A stretch of 64,000 bases of DNA from Octopus sinensis (taxonomy: Eukaryota): the NCBI RefSeq assembly GCF_006345805.1, contig NC_043011.1:32376464-32440463 (forward strand). The letters run 5' to 3'. The notes beneath the pieces are model-generated. The model saw only the letters and a program-made list of their open reading frames with translations, had not been told where the DNA came from and did no database searches. Positions within the stretch are counted from its first letter, which is position 1. Each line of letters opens with the position of its first letter. The position numbers and the translations under genes were made by a program. Of the stretch, positions 12,161 through 24,479 are shown in pieces.

Positions 12161-12226
12161 GCAATCTCAAGATTAATCAGCTGAAATTGCGAGGATGATC
12201 TGGTTCTTGACTGAGGATAGAAAGCT
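12161..12226 (+). ncRNA. Candidate non-circularly permuted hammerhead ribozyme, copy 1
   Basis: GCAAT-C-TCAAGA..AGCT-GAA-ATTGC..TCTTGA-CTGAGGA-tagaa-AGCT; all three stems pair. Confidence 0.55.
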
Positions 12227-12336
12227 TCGAATGACCCGTCCTTGTTTTCTTGTATCTTCTATCTGGATGTTTTGTTGTCCCTTTTCGTATCACCTAGTTG
12301 TCCAGATGTTTTGCGTTCTTGTCCCATTTTGCATTT

Positions 12337-12368
<32 letters not shown>

Positions 12369-13024
12369 ATATATATATATGTAGAGTTATGTATGTGTGT
12401 GTTCCTGTATTTGCATCCTGAGATCAAATTCCATCACTCTTTGCTCTCTCTTTTGGTCTTCCCCTTTTTCTGGATCCTCCAGGTGCACGTGCACACACAC
12501 ACACACACACATACACCCACACCCACACGCTGTATGTGTGTGTGATTATGAATGTTTACATTGTACACTTGCATGGAAAATGGCTGGGCTATGGACCGCA
12601 ATGTTCCTGTCAACTCTGATCAGCTCTGTGGTTTTGAAGACCAGCACAGAACGAAAACTTCCTTACTCAAAAAACAAGTAAGAGTTTGTGAGAGGAAGGG
12701 CATCGAGCTGTAACACAACGCCTCAACAATATGTATTCCTCTAACTCATGCGAGCATGTAAAAAACAGATGTTAAATGAACAAATATATATATATCTTCC
12801 GTAAAGCTTCATTTCCCCACCAGCCAGCTGAATTCAATTTGTCCCCAGTCGAAAGACACCTGTTGTTATGTCCTGCTATTATTATTTTTATTGTATTTAG
12901 ATTGTATTTATATTTGTGTAACATTGTCTGTTTTTCCGTTCTTGTTCTCATATACATTCGATGCTTTCTTCCAAGGAATCTAATGCTCTTAGCTTAGTTT
13001 TTCCTTGGGGCTGGCCAGAATGGA

Positions 13025-13090
13025 GCAATCTCAAGATTAATCAGCTGAAATTGCGAGGATGATCTGGTTCTTGACTGAGGATAGAAAGCT
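13025..13090 (+). ncRNA. Candidate non-circularly permuted hammerhead ribozyme, copy 2
   Basis: Identical to 12161-12226. Confidence 0.55.
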
Positions 13091-13195
13091 TCGAATGACC
13101 CGTCCTTGTTTTCTTGTATCTTCTATCTGGATGTTTTGTTGTCCCTTTTCGTATCACCTAGTTGTCCAGATGTTTTGCGTTCTTGTCCCATTTTG

Positions 13196-13248
<53 letters not shown>

Positions 13249-13267
13249 TTTATATTTATATTTACAG

Positions 13268-13348
13268 AGAAAGAGTTTTGAATCACTGAAACAAATGGTG
13301 GAAGAAAAACGAATCGCAGAGTGGGAAAAAATGACGAAGAACACTTAA
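13268..13348 (+). CDS. Terminal coding exon of unidentified host gene (RKSFESLKQMVEEKRIAEWEKMTKNT*)
   Basis: Acceptor TTTACAG at 13267; non-repetitive, helical-looking peptide to TAA; followed by unique UTR-like sequence and AATAAA. Confidence 0.7.
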   Translation, partial: RKSFESLKQMVEEKRIAEWEKMTKNT

Positions 13349-13679
13349 AAGCATCTAGTGTTATTGCCAGCCCTTGTATTATTTCGAGCTGTTGGAGTGC
13401 TGTGGATATTTTGACTTACTCTTTGGGCTGAGGAATTGAAATGTTTAAGGCTGGTGCTAACAATTATTGCCATCAGGGATGAATGTAGCCGAGGGAATTA
13501 TCTATCATTTGTGGCTTTGATCTGGTTTTTTTTTTTTTTGTTTTTAAATCCCAAACAGATCTGAAATGTGAGAAAGTTTCCTTCTGTATTGTAATATAAT
13601 GAAGAGAGAAAGTTTCGAAGAAAAGTTATTATTATACAAACATTGTTTTGTTATACAAAACTGTATTGATTTTTTTATG

Positions 13680-13722
13680 AATAAATAACTAGTTGTAAAT
13701 TAGAACTTGTTTGTGTTTTATG
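13680..13722 (+). terminator. Polyadenylation signal with downstream GT-rich element
   Basis: AATAAA at 13680-13685; ttgtttgtgttttatg about 20 nt downstream. Confidence 0.55.
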
Positions 13723-13783
13723 TTATTACTAGCTGGCCTCGTGTCATCAAAAATGAGGGCTAATTGTAGTATTTCATATATAA

Positions 13784-14063
13784 ATCATCATCATCATCAT
13801 CGTTTAACGTCTGTTCTCCATGCTAGCATGGGTTGGACGGTTCGACCGGGGATCTGGGAAGCCAGAAGGCTGCACCAGGCTCCGGTCTTATCTGGCAATG
13901 TTTCTACAGCTGGATGCCCTTCCTAATGCCAACCACTCCGTGAGTGTAGTGGGTGCTTTTTACGTGCCACCTGCACTGGTGCCAGGCGAGGCTGGCATTG
14001 GCCACGGTCGGATTGGTGCATTTTACGTGCCACCAGCACAGAAGCCAGTCGAGGCGGCACTGG
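13784..14063 (-). mobile_element. RTE-type 3' UTR fragment
   Basis: (GAT)n tail, same family as 9909. Confidence 0.7.
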
Positions 14064-14171
14064 TAATTCATATTAACACACTTGTCAATGTTATCTAGTG
14101 GTTGTCTTTTGAAATGTGACATTGATCGTTGTTTGTTACTAAAAGAACGTTGGTTCACATACAAACATCCA

Positions 14172-14574
14172 CAGGAGTGGCTGTGTGGTAAGTAGCTTGC
14201 TTACGAAACACATGGTTCTGGGTTCAGTCCCATTGCATGGCACCTTGGGCAAGTGTCTTCTGCTATAGCCTTGGGCCAACCAAAGCCTTGTGAGTGGATT
14301 TGGTATACGGAAACTGAAAGAAGCCCGTCGTATATATGTATATATATGTATGTGTGTGTATATGTTTGTGTGTCTGTGTTAGTCCTCCCAAACATCGCTT
14401 GACAACCGATGCTGGTGTGTTTACGTCCCTGTAACTTAGCGGTTCGGCAAAAGAGACCAATAGAATAAGTACTAGGCTTACAAAGAATGAGTCCTGGGGT
14501 TGATTTGCTTGACTAAAGGTGGTGCTCCGGCATGGCCACAGTCAAATGACTGAAACAAGTAAAAGAGTAAAGAG
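14172..14574 (+). mobile_element. tRNA-derived SINE family A (CORE-like segment), full copy
   Basis: A box TGGCTGTGTGG, B box GGTTCAGTCCC, caccttgggcaagtg; many copies in the window. Confidence 0.9.
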
Positions 14575-14991
14575 GTACTTCCCTTGTACACGTACACACA
14601 TACAGTCACACAGAGTTGAAACGCTGTTTGATTTTTCTTTACAGCGTTGAATGTTCATCATCCCATTTCTATTGCATGCACATATACACACACACAGACA
14701 AACACAAACATTCACATACCTCCTTTTTACATACACACACATATACTCACACAGAGTTGAAACACTCCCACTACCAGTTTGCCATCACCCCTTCCTTATT
14801 CATCTACCACTCCTTCCTTTCTCATTCATATGTTGTGACGGAGAAAAACACGACAGCATTATTATAGTAGATACTGGAAAAAAAAGTCGGTGCTCAACTA
14901 CAGTGTATAAATTAAGGAGGTATGTTCTAAGGAGCTGTGTGTAAGTATGAGTATGCTTGTGTCTTGTCTCAACATCATGTTATCATCATCA

Positions 14992-15377
14992 TCAGGAGTG
15001 GCTGTGTGGTAAGTAGCTTGTTTACCAACCACATGGTTCTGGTTTCAGTCCCACTGCGTGGCACCTTGGGCAAGTGTCTTCTACTATAGCCTTGGGCTGA
15101 CCAAAGCCTTGTGAGTGGATTTGGTAGACGGAAACTGAAAGAAGCCCGTTGTATATATGTATATATATATATATGCGTGTGTGTGTTTGTCTCCCTAGCA
15201 TTGCTTGACAACCGATGCTGGTGTGTTTATGTCCCCGTTACTTAGCGGTTCGGCAAAAGAGACCGATAGAATAAGTACTGGGCTTACAAAAGAATAAGTC
15301 CTGGGGTCGAGTTGCTCGATTAAAGGCGGTGCTCCAGCATGGCCACAGTCAAAATGACTGAAACAAGTAAAAGAGTA
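14992..15377 (+). mobile_element. SINE family A copy
   Basis: Colinear with 14172-14574. Confidence 0.9.
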
Positions 15378-16411
15378 TCATTTAATGTGTCTTCCATGCC
15401 GGGTTGAATGCTTTGACAGGAGCTGGTCTGGCAGAAGACGGCACCAAGCTCAACGTCTATTTTTTAGGTTTTTATGGCTGGATGCCTTTCCCAACACCAA
15501 CCATCCATCTGAGTGGATTGAGTGCTTTTACATGGCATGAACATGATTTTTTTATAGCTGAATGCTCTTCCAAACGCCAGCCACTTCACAGTGTGGACTG
15601 GATGCTTTTCATGTGACCCAGTTGTAACTGACTGTCACTGTTATACAAAGAGTGTCATTTATTTCCAATTTTCTGCTGGCACATGTCTGGCCATAAAAGA
15701 AATAATGCCTTGTATGGAAACAGGTGAAGGATTGGCAACAGGAAAGGCATCCTGCCACAGAAAATCTGCCTCTCTGTATGCTGTCTGATCCATGCAAGTT
15801 TGGAAAAATGGATGTTAAAATGATGATGATAATGGTGTGATTTATGGGGAATTTAGCTGTTATTTCCTGTAGGCTCCTTCATCAGCTCCGAAACTGCTTT
15901 TTAATCACCGCACACTTCTAATGACCTTATAAGTTCAAGTTTCTGCTACATAGATAACGTAACATTCTTTGTTAGAGTATTACTTTCCTTTGTTGCCAAA
16001 AAATATTTAATCACTGCAATGCTGACGAAATTTGCAGAACATCACAAGCTATTTTGTGTTGCATACAGAAGTTATAGTCACTGCATGCTCTGCCTAAGTG
16101 GTGAACCTACTGGTTTGACATAAGTACTATCGAGAATTAAACATACATACTTCAGACTACTTTGAATTCACTTAATCTTTGTGGTTGAGTCTCTGTTTTT
16201 AGATTTGATAACAAATTATTGTCAGCTTCTATTATGAAACTCAACAGAATTATTATGAAGATCATCATTTACAATTAATAAATTTGCTATGAATTTATAT
16301 GCACAACTTCTCACTATAGAGTGTAGTGTTTGTTAGTGGGGAGTGTGGAAGCAAATAAGATGCAATAAGTCTTATATGAGAATGTGTTTGTGTGTGTGTT
16401 TATACATATCA

Positions 16412-17055
16412 TTTCATTATGGTTTCACATCCATTGTCCAAGCCGGTATGGGTTGGGAAGTTTGACCAGAGCTGGTAAGCTGAAGGGCTGTACCAGACTC
16501 CAGTCTGATTTGGCATGGTTTCTACAGCTGAATACCCTTACTAATGCCAACCACTCTTAGAGTGTAATAGGTGATTTTATGTGTCACCAGCACAGGTGCC
16601 AGTTGTGTGACACTGGTGTCTGCTGCTACTACAATTTCACTTGGCTTGATGGATCTTCTCAAGCATGGCATAATGCCAAAGGTCTTGGTCATTTGTCATT
16701 GCCTGCATGAAGCCTGTTGTTTGAAAGGTGCTTTTTACATGCCACCAGCACAGATGTCAGTTCTGTGACACTGGCATTGGTTACGACTACGACTTCACTT
16801 GGCTTGATGGGTCTTCTCAAGGTCAACATATCGCCAAAGGTCTTTGTCACTAGTCATTACCTCTGAGGTCCAACATTTGAAGATCATACTTCACCTTATC
16901 CCATGACTTCCTGGGTCTATCTTTACTTCAGGTCCCTTCAACAGTTAGAGATTGGCACTTCTTTACACAGCTGTTCTTGTCCATATGCATCAAATGACTA
17001 GACCAGTGCACTTGTTTCTCTTGCACACTACATCTAATGCTTCTTATGCCCAACT
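16412..17055 (-). mobile_element. RTE-clade LINE 3' end (decayed RT C-terminus plus UTR)
   Basis: Minus translation ..HWSSHLMHMD..KCQSLTVEGT*SKDRPRKSWD..DL matches RTE WxGHxxRM / GRPxxxW motifs. Confidence 0.8.
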
Positions 17056-17403
17056 GATATATATGACAAAAGATGTAAGCATTGGTCCCAAGTGATATTC
17101 GTTTTGCACCAAGTTATAGACACTCCCTTGTTACCCTGTTAGAAAAGCTTTGTGCAAGTGAATGGGCTGTTGGAAATCTGTAACCGACGAGCCCATTGTT
17201 TGCTAATGGCTATATGAATTATATAAATATAAATGAAATAAAGTGAAATAAGTTGTCCTGTCTTGTTCCGTCTGTCTGTCTGTCTGTCCAGTAGCATAGT
17301 TATGGGACGGGCAATGGGGATGGGCCATCCCGGGCAGCCTTTGTAGGGAAGCAGTATTTTGGGGTTTGCTGTAGAGTGGCGGCTTACACTGTAGCTACAC
17401 CAC

Positions 17404-17472
<69 letters not shown>

Positions 17473-17889
17473 GTCGACAAAAGTTGTCCCTGGGAAGATA
17501 CCTTTTAGAAATAATTATTTACAATCATATAATTTTAAACTAAAATAAAATGAATAACGTCATATTTTTTTTTTACATTTAAATAAATAAACGAATAAAT
17601 AAAATGAAATTTAGAATTTATTGAATTTTCGTATAATTTCTCTTAATGGACGATGCAAGGGAGATAACAATGAAACCCTAGAATTTCATGAAACTAAAAC
17701 TCGATAACTTAGAATTAAAGAATAAACCTGCATCAACCGACATTACACAGGCTTATGTGGATGTTGATACTGATGTTGTTATTGATGATGATGTCGTTGT
17801 AGCTGCTTTTGTTGTATTTACGCACCAGTTCAGTCCCGACCGAGAAAACTTTATTATCTATTTATTCCTCTCTACTGTTTTTCTTATTA

Positions 17890-18399
17890 CCGTAAATCCT
17901 CGTGTATAGTCCGCCCTTGAGTATAATACGCAGGGGATTTTTAGGGGCTGTACCTCTGAAAAACCTAAACCTTGTGTATAATACACACCCCTTCTCTAAC
18001 TTGGGTCAAGGAGGTCTAGATAACGTCCTTGGTTTGTAAAACTGTATACAGTAACGTCCTTTATTATTATTGTATATATAACAAAATGCAAACGTGTAGC
18101 TTTTTTGTGCATTTTGTTTGCAGAAAATAAAGAAATAACAGTGATAACGTTTAATAAATGTTGCTTATGGCAAGTAATGGATGATTCTTTTATGATTTCA
18201 TTGCTTTCAGGCTTAGCTTGAGGTATTTTCGTGCCCGACATCACAAAATGCGTCTGAATAAACGTTGTCGGACAGCAAATAGAGACTCGGACATTGCTTA
18301 GAAAATATTTTTATCTTTAACCTCGTATATAGTACGCACTAGGGATTTTGACCTTTAAATTTTGGGAAAAAAATGCGGATTATACTCGATGATTTACGG
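17890..18399. mobile_element. pogo/Tc2-like MITE
   Basis: TA-CCGTAAATCCTCG ... CGATGATTTACGG-TA; decayed relative at 41158-41323. Confidence 0.8.
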
Positions 18400-18734
18400 T
18401 ACCTTAATTCTTAGTTTATTACACGAATGTCACTAAAGATCCTTAAATTGAAAGTAAGACTAATCCTATTATATAATTAAGCCGCTAACTTTATTATGAG
18501 CAGTTCATAATTAATTAACTCATTTCCGTATTTCCTTCTTAAAAAAAAAAAAAATTAAGACGGTATGGTTGATTTGATGGAGAAATTGGTCGTTATTTCT
18601 AACAAGTCAAGCGACCATATAGAAGTTTCTATTGTTCTAGCTGTCGTTAAAATCCATGTTAACCCTGATTGGGTAGATCGATGAAGAAAAACATTACATC
18701 CGTGACCATCCTGTCTCTCTAGGAGTTACTCTTT

Positions 18735-19117
18735 TACCCTTTTAATTGTTTCGGTTATTTGACTGTGGCCATGCTGGAGCACCGCCTTTAGTCGAGCAAA
18801 TCGACCCCAGGACATATTCTATCGGTTCTTTTGCCGAACCGCAAAGTTACGGGGACATAAATACACCAGCATCGGTTGTCAAGCGATGTTGGGGGGGGGG
18901 ACAAACACAGACACACAAACACATACACACACATACATATATATACATATATACGACGAGCTTCTTTCAGTTTCTGTCTACCAAATCCACTCAGAAGGCT
19001 TTGGTCGACCCGAGGCTATTAGTAGAAGACGCTTGTCCAAGGTACCATGCAGTGGGACCAAACCTGGAACCATGTGGTTGGTAAGCAAGCTACTTACCAC
19101 ACAGTCACTCCTACACC
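18735..19117 (-). mobile_element. SINE family A copy
   Basis: Reverse complement of family A. Confidence 0.85.
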
Positions 19118-19771
19118 TAAAATATCTCTATCCAAAGTGTTAATCTTTTTTGTCTCTCTCAAAACAGTAAGGTGTGATTTGGCTGCTATCTTTAACAGGT
19201 CGAGCGACCGCATTAGATGCTATCACATTTGTTTATAAGAGATCAGCAAGATTTTTTTCTTTTTTTGTAATGGTCCATTTCTCAGGGTTTTATTTTTATA
19301 TTTGCTCATGTCCCACATATAAAATTATTTCTACTATAGGAACAGGGTCTGAACTTATGTGGGGAGAGGCTTTATCAATTACATTGCTCAAGTGGTATTT
19401 ATTTTATCGACACCAAAAGGGATGAAAGACAAAGTTGTCTGCGGCGACATTTGAACTCGGCGTGTAAAGGTAAAGCAAATGTCGCTAAGTATTTTTGTCC
19501 GGCGTGCTAACGATTCAGCCAGCTCACCGCCTTCGTGGCCTTTCTAATATCTTTTATCTTTTTACCGGTTTCAGTCATTTGACTGCGGTCATGCTGGGGC
19601 ACCGCCTTGAAGTCGAACGAATCAACTCCAGTACGTATTTTATTTTTAAACCTGGTTCTTATTCTATCGGTTTATTTTGCCGAACCGCTTATTGTACGGG
19701 GATTTGAACAAACAATCATCAGTTGTCAAGCGGCGATTGGGGACAAACACAGACACGCACACACACACACA

Positions 19772-19789
<18 letters not shown>

Positions 19790-19819
<30 letters not shown>

Positions 19820-20457
19820 CCTTGAAAAATATATTATATTGTACAGTGGAGAAAACGAAGAACTGTATGATAAAATAGACTTGTGGAGCAATGCTATAAA
19901 AGTGGATGATTTCAGGAGTGAAGGGGGTGCCAGAGTACATTCGTTGTGAAATGGCAGACCCAGAAGATATATCGGAATTGAAGGACTACGAGGGTCAAGA
20001 TATTGGACACCAACTCAATACCGAAACAAGTAAGTTTTCAGGATATTTAAAAAAAATATAACGTAAACAGTCTTCGGAAGGATGGTAATTAGCTGTCGCT
20101 AAAAAGGAAAAGAAAAAAGCATTATAAACTAGTTTTTTAAAAAAGGTGGTATTACCAGGTTCATGAAGTCGCTCGGAGGTGAGGCAGAACGGTTTCATTT
20201 CATCTCCCATTATATTAATTCATTCTTTCCATTCGTTTTGCTTTTTTGTCCCCACCTTGTGCTGTCCCCTCTATGTAAGACCTTCACGGCCAATTTCATA
20301 AAATAAAGAAGCTTGCTTCCCAACCACATGGCTCCAGGTTCAATCCAAATGCGTGACACCCTGGCCTTCTACTATTGCCTCGGGCCGACAAAAATCTCGT
20401 GAGTGAATTTGAGTAGAAGAAAGTGAAAGAAGCTCGTAGGATATATATATATATATG

Positions 20458-20515
<58 letters not shown>

Positions 20516-20836
20516 TTTAAAAACTAGTTTATAATGCTTTTTTCTTTTCCTTTTTAGCGACAGCTAATTACCATCCTTCCGAAGACTGTTTACGTTATAT
20601 TTTTTTTAAATATCCTGAAAACTTACTTGTTTCGGTATTGAGTTGGTGTCCAATATCTTGACCCTCGTAGTCCTTCAATTCCGACATATCTTCTGAGTCT
20701 GCCATTTCACAACGAATGTACTCTGGCACCCCCTTCACTCCTGAAATCATCCACTTTTATAGCATTGCTCCACAAGTCTATTTTATCATACAGTTCTTCG
20801 TTTTCTCCACTGTACAATATAATATATTTTTCAAGG

Positions 20837-20895
<59 letters not shown>
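19790..20895. repeat. Long near-perfect inverted repeat (arms 19790-20139 and 20517-20895)
   Basis: Identical peptides on opposite strands in the ORF track; spacer holds a SINE piece and (TA)n. Confidence 0.9.
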
Positions 20896-20900
<5 letters not shown>

Positions 20901-20917
20901 CTTTTTTTTCTCTTTTC

Positions 20918-21905
20918 TTGCCTTTTCTCTCAGCTATTTCCCATTCATTGTCCATCTTTTCTTCGACGCTGGTACTGGTCTTTGTCTGTGGTGCCGCTTC
21001 ACTCTACTTTTGCTTAACCTCCACGGTCAGTGGAGCACCAACCACTTTCTCACTTCTTGCCTCTTCTTAGCCTTCACAGGTGGTGGATCCGCTCTAATGT
21101 GGCCTGAAAGGCCACATTTATAGCATCACGGAATCCTCCCGTCCACTCTGACATTTAGTGTAACGTCGCCGACCGTAATATTCTCTACCATACTTTCGAT
21201 ATCTTCCGAGGCAACTTGTGCCACTATGTCCAGGCTTTGCCCTTGCCAGTTCCTGTGGGGTGTTCTGGTGGCCTGGAGGACCGCCACCTTCTCCTCCATT
21301 CCTAACAGTCGGGCAGCTACCAGCCAAGCTACATCCACTTCTGGGGGTATGTCTTCTTTCCCAACCCTGGAAGCACGTCTCCCAAGGTATGTAGGTTGAA
21401 GCACCACTTCATTAGTTCTCAACAGTGTAGCTGAGTGCAGCCTGGCAGTGGATACCTCCCGAAACCGCACCTCCACTGTCCCAAATTTTCTTCTTCTAGC
21501 AAGGTAGGAAATTCCTTGCTAGATTGGTTTAAGTGCCCTTTCCACTTGAGCCGTCGTCACGATTTCAATCTTCCTGGCTGCTACCGAGTACGTTCTGTAA
21601 ATTATTGTTTTCTCACCTCTTTCCTTTAACACTTCTTTGCGGGGTAACACATTCACATCGTTCACCTCCCTTTTAATCATTTCCTTGAATTTATTTATAT
21701 CTTCCAGCCTCACGCCTTCGCTTCTTTCGTCACTTTTGCATAATTTTTTGTCCCCATTACTTCGTCAGTCCTCCTCAACCTCTCCACCATTTCTTCCTCA
21801 GACGACACAAAGTCTGAAGAAGGATAATTCAAATCTTCACAACTCCTCGCCCGACGTCCCTCCATTAAGCAAGAGGGAGTACATCGCACCACTAAGACAA
21901 CCAAA
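20918..21905 (-). pseudogene. Decayed gag/ORF1-like gene with zinc knuckle (retroelement-derived)
   Basis: ORFs 21713-21519 and 21476-21126; reading through the stop gives CYKCGLSGHIRAD (CCHC, last Cys lost). Confidence 0.7.
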
Positions 21906-22504
21906 AAACAATTCGACTAACAAACGATATACCGGAAGCAAGCTTCTTAACACGCATCCACATCCGCGCCTTTAGTATATAATATTTAGTGATAAAAAAC
22001 CCCAAAAAACACGTATACTTAGTTTTCATCACTGGCAATGTTTTATATCAGTAAAAGTTAAAAAAATAATAACACAAAATATTACACAATTTATCAACTG
22101 TCCAGTGGCTCACAAATACATTAATACCGAAAGTTTTAGGAAAGGTCCGAAGATCACGCAGAACACCTCAGTGGCTCCCTTCTTGTCTATAAAGGTTTTT
22201 GATTTAGACACAAGGTTTGCAATACTTGAGGATAGGGGAAGGCTTAATCTATACCATCGACAAGGCAAAAACAAAGCCGCTATGCAGTTTGTCCGGCGTG
22301 CTAACGGTTCAGCCAGCTCGCCGCCTTCGTGGGCTTTATAATAATAGTACTTAACTGATTGCTTTATCGATCCCGGAGGAACAAGAGGTAAAGTTGACTT
22401 CGGCAGGATTTGAACTGAGAAGGAAAAGAGTTGGAGAAAATACAGGAAAGCATTTTCCCCCCGAAGCTCTTGCAATTCTGTAAGTTCGCTGCCCTTCTCT
22501 AGTC

Positions 22505-23305
22505 TATCAGGTTGAATTATAAGTTTTTCTTTCGTGTTTCGAGCTTTAGTTCAAACAAATTACAACCGAGAAGTGGTTGTTCATCAAAATACACCTCTTC
22601 TTAATTCTATTATCTGTTGCCTTCGTTGTGTTAGAAGCTCAATTTCACGCTCATACCTATTGGCTGGTTTAGAAGAAGAAGAAGAAGAAGAAGAAGAAGA
22701 AGAAGAAGAAGAAGAAGAAGAAGAAGAAGAAGAAGGAAGAAGAAGAGAAGAAGAAGAAGAAGAAGAAGAAGAAGAAGAAGAAGAAGAAAACACTCCCTGC
22801 ACCCATTTTCAACCTCATCCACATTGTTGAACTTCCGTCCGTGCAGGAAATAAGTCATGGCTCGGAGAAGGTGATTATCTGATGATAGAAGGTGTATCCT
22901 TGTAGGCTGGTTGACACAGCACTTCCATCCCCCTCAAGTTCCTCAAGTTTGTGCTCGGTCACATTGGCGATGTCATGCTGGGGCATTGTCATGTTGTAGG
23001 AGTGTGCGTCTTCGGTCGACTAATGCCGAGAAGCGGACTTTCAAAGAATCATATACTTGCTGCAATTGTTGAGCAAAAAGGTAAATGTTCACAACATGAC
23101 AATCTGAGACAAGCTCAAAGTGCAATACATCCTCGAAATACCACCAAGCATACAACATGACACTCTGTTCAAACAAATTACAATCGAAAGGGGTTTGTTC
23201 ATCAAAATATTCTCCCTCATAATTCTATTATCTGTTGCTTTCGTTGTGTTAAACGCTCATACCAACTGGCTGGTTTAGAGGCAAAAACACTCCCTGCATC
23301 CATTA
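22505..23305 (-). mobile_element. mariner transposase C-terminal fragments (rearranged) with (GAA)n insertion
   Basis: WW.FEDVLHFEL, LLQHDNAP, FLHGRKFNNVDEVEN; duplicated piece 22548-22675 / 23165-23305. Confidence 0.75.
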
Positions 23306-23329
23306 CTCGTACTATTTAAAACAGTTTGG

Positions 23330-23625
23330 AAGGTGTTTATAAGCAATTTAAGAAACACACAAAAACCGTTAGATTCACTTCAACATTTAAATTTAATTTG
23401 TCAAAATATTTTCGTTGCTTTGAGACCGCGACCTGTTCACTGACAAAATTCCGGGCTGCATCACGGAATTTTGTCTGACATATTAAATTTAAATGTTGAA
23501 GTGAACCTAACGGTTTTTGTGTGTTTCTTAAATGACTTATAAACACCTTCCACGCTGCAATTGTTTTCGTTCCAGCACACGATCTCAGATCAGGTCACTT
23601 CCTATGCAAGTACATCTCCGTAATT
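23330..23625 (-). mobile_element. PLE-like repeat with inverted arm and G3-C8 hammerhead variant (23397-23447)
   Basis: Homologous to 29634-29833; arms 23330-23400 / 23480-23550. Confidence 0.65.
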
Positions 23626-23725
23626 AAATCAGTTTGATCCGGCTCAATGCGACTTAAAGTTTCGCGGGCTTCTGACAGAAGCCCGTCTCTTTCAGGCTTA
23701 GATTACCGACTTTTATAATAACACG

Positions 23726-23800
<75 letters not shown>

Positions 23801-24049
23801 ACACACACAAAATCAAACAGAAATAACGGTATGGCCGGTGGCATGAATTTAAAAAAGAGGAATAAAGGTATAATAATACCATACAAGATAAATCCTTGTG
23901 GACGTAACCTAACACCATTTTCAACCTCATCCACATTATTGAACTGCCGTCCGTGCATTATTGAACTTCCGTCCGTTCATTGTTGAACTTCCTTCTTTGA
24001 CAACAGGTTCTGAAGCGTGGCTGGAATGAAGTCACTGATTTTTCGTATT

Positions 24050-24472
24050 AGGACTATGAAAATGGATCCATTTTCATCCTTAGTTACAATTCAATGCGAA
24101 AAGCGGGTATCTCAAGAATTTACCAGTAATTGCGTGCAAATGTTCACACGTTTTTGGGCTTGGTTTTTGGTCAGTTTATGAAGAACTTCTCGGCACCTGT
24201 TCACATGGCCGAGCTTATGGAGGTGCTAATTAATGGTGTTTTAGCTCTGTTGAAAATGTACGAGTGCTTGTGCTTGGCTGTTGTCCAACCATTTCAAACA
24301 AGACCTCATCTTCCACAACAGAAGGTCTCCCCGACTTTGGTTTGTCTTCGAGGTTGGTGTTACCTTCTTGAAACGTCTGAACCAGTTTTGTGCCACATAT
24401 TCTTGGGTCTTCTACATCATTAATTTCTTTTGCTGCTGCCCTTACACCCAGTCCTTTTTTTTTCACCACAGG
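24050..24472 (-). mobile_element. mariner transposase N-terminal (HTH) fragment
   Basis: AAAKEINDV..F.EGNTNLEDKPKSGRP; partial duplicate at 26195-26348. Confidence 0.75.
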
Positions 24473-24479
24473 TATTATA

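Larger units (their letters stand above)
11517..13200 (+). repeat. Near-identical ~865-bp tandem duplication bounded by (TA)n tracts
   Basis: 11517-12336 equals 12380-13200; the ORF track shows duplicate peptides 865 nt apart. Confidence 0.9.

Noticed and set aside
22671-22788. Poly-Glu / poly-Ser / poly-Leu ORFs
   Set aside because: (GAA)n microsatellite inside a mariner relic.
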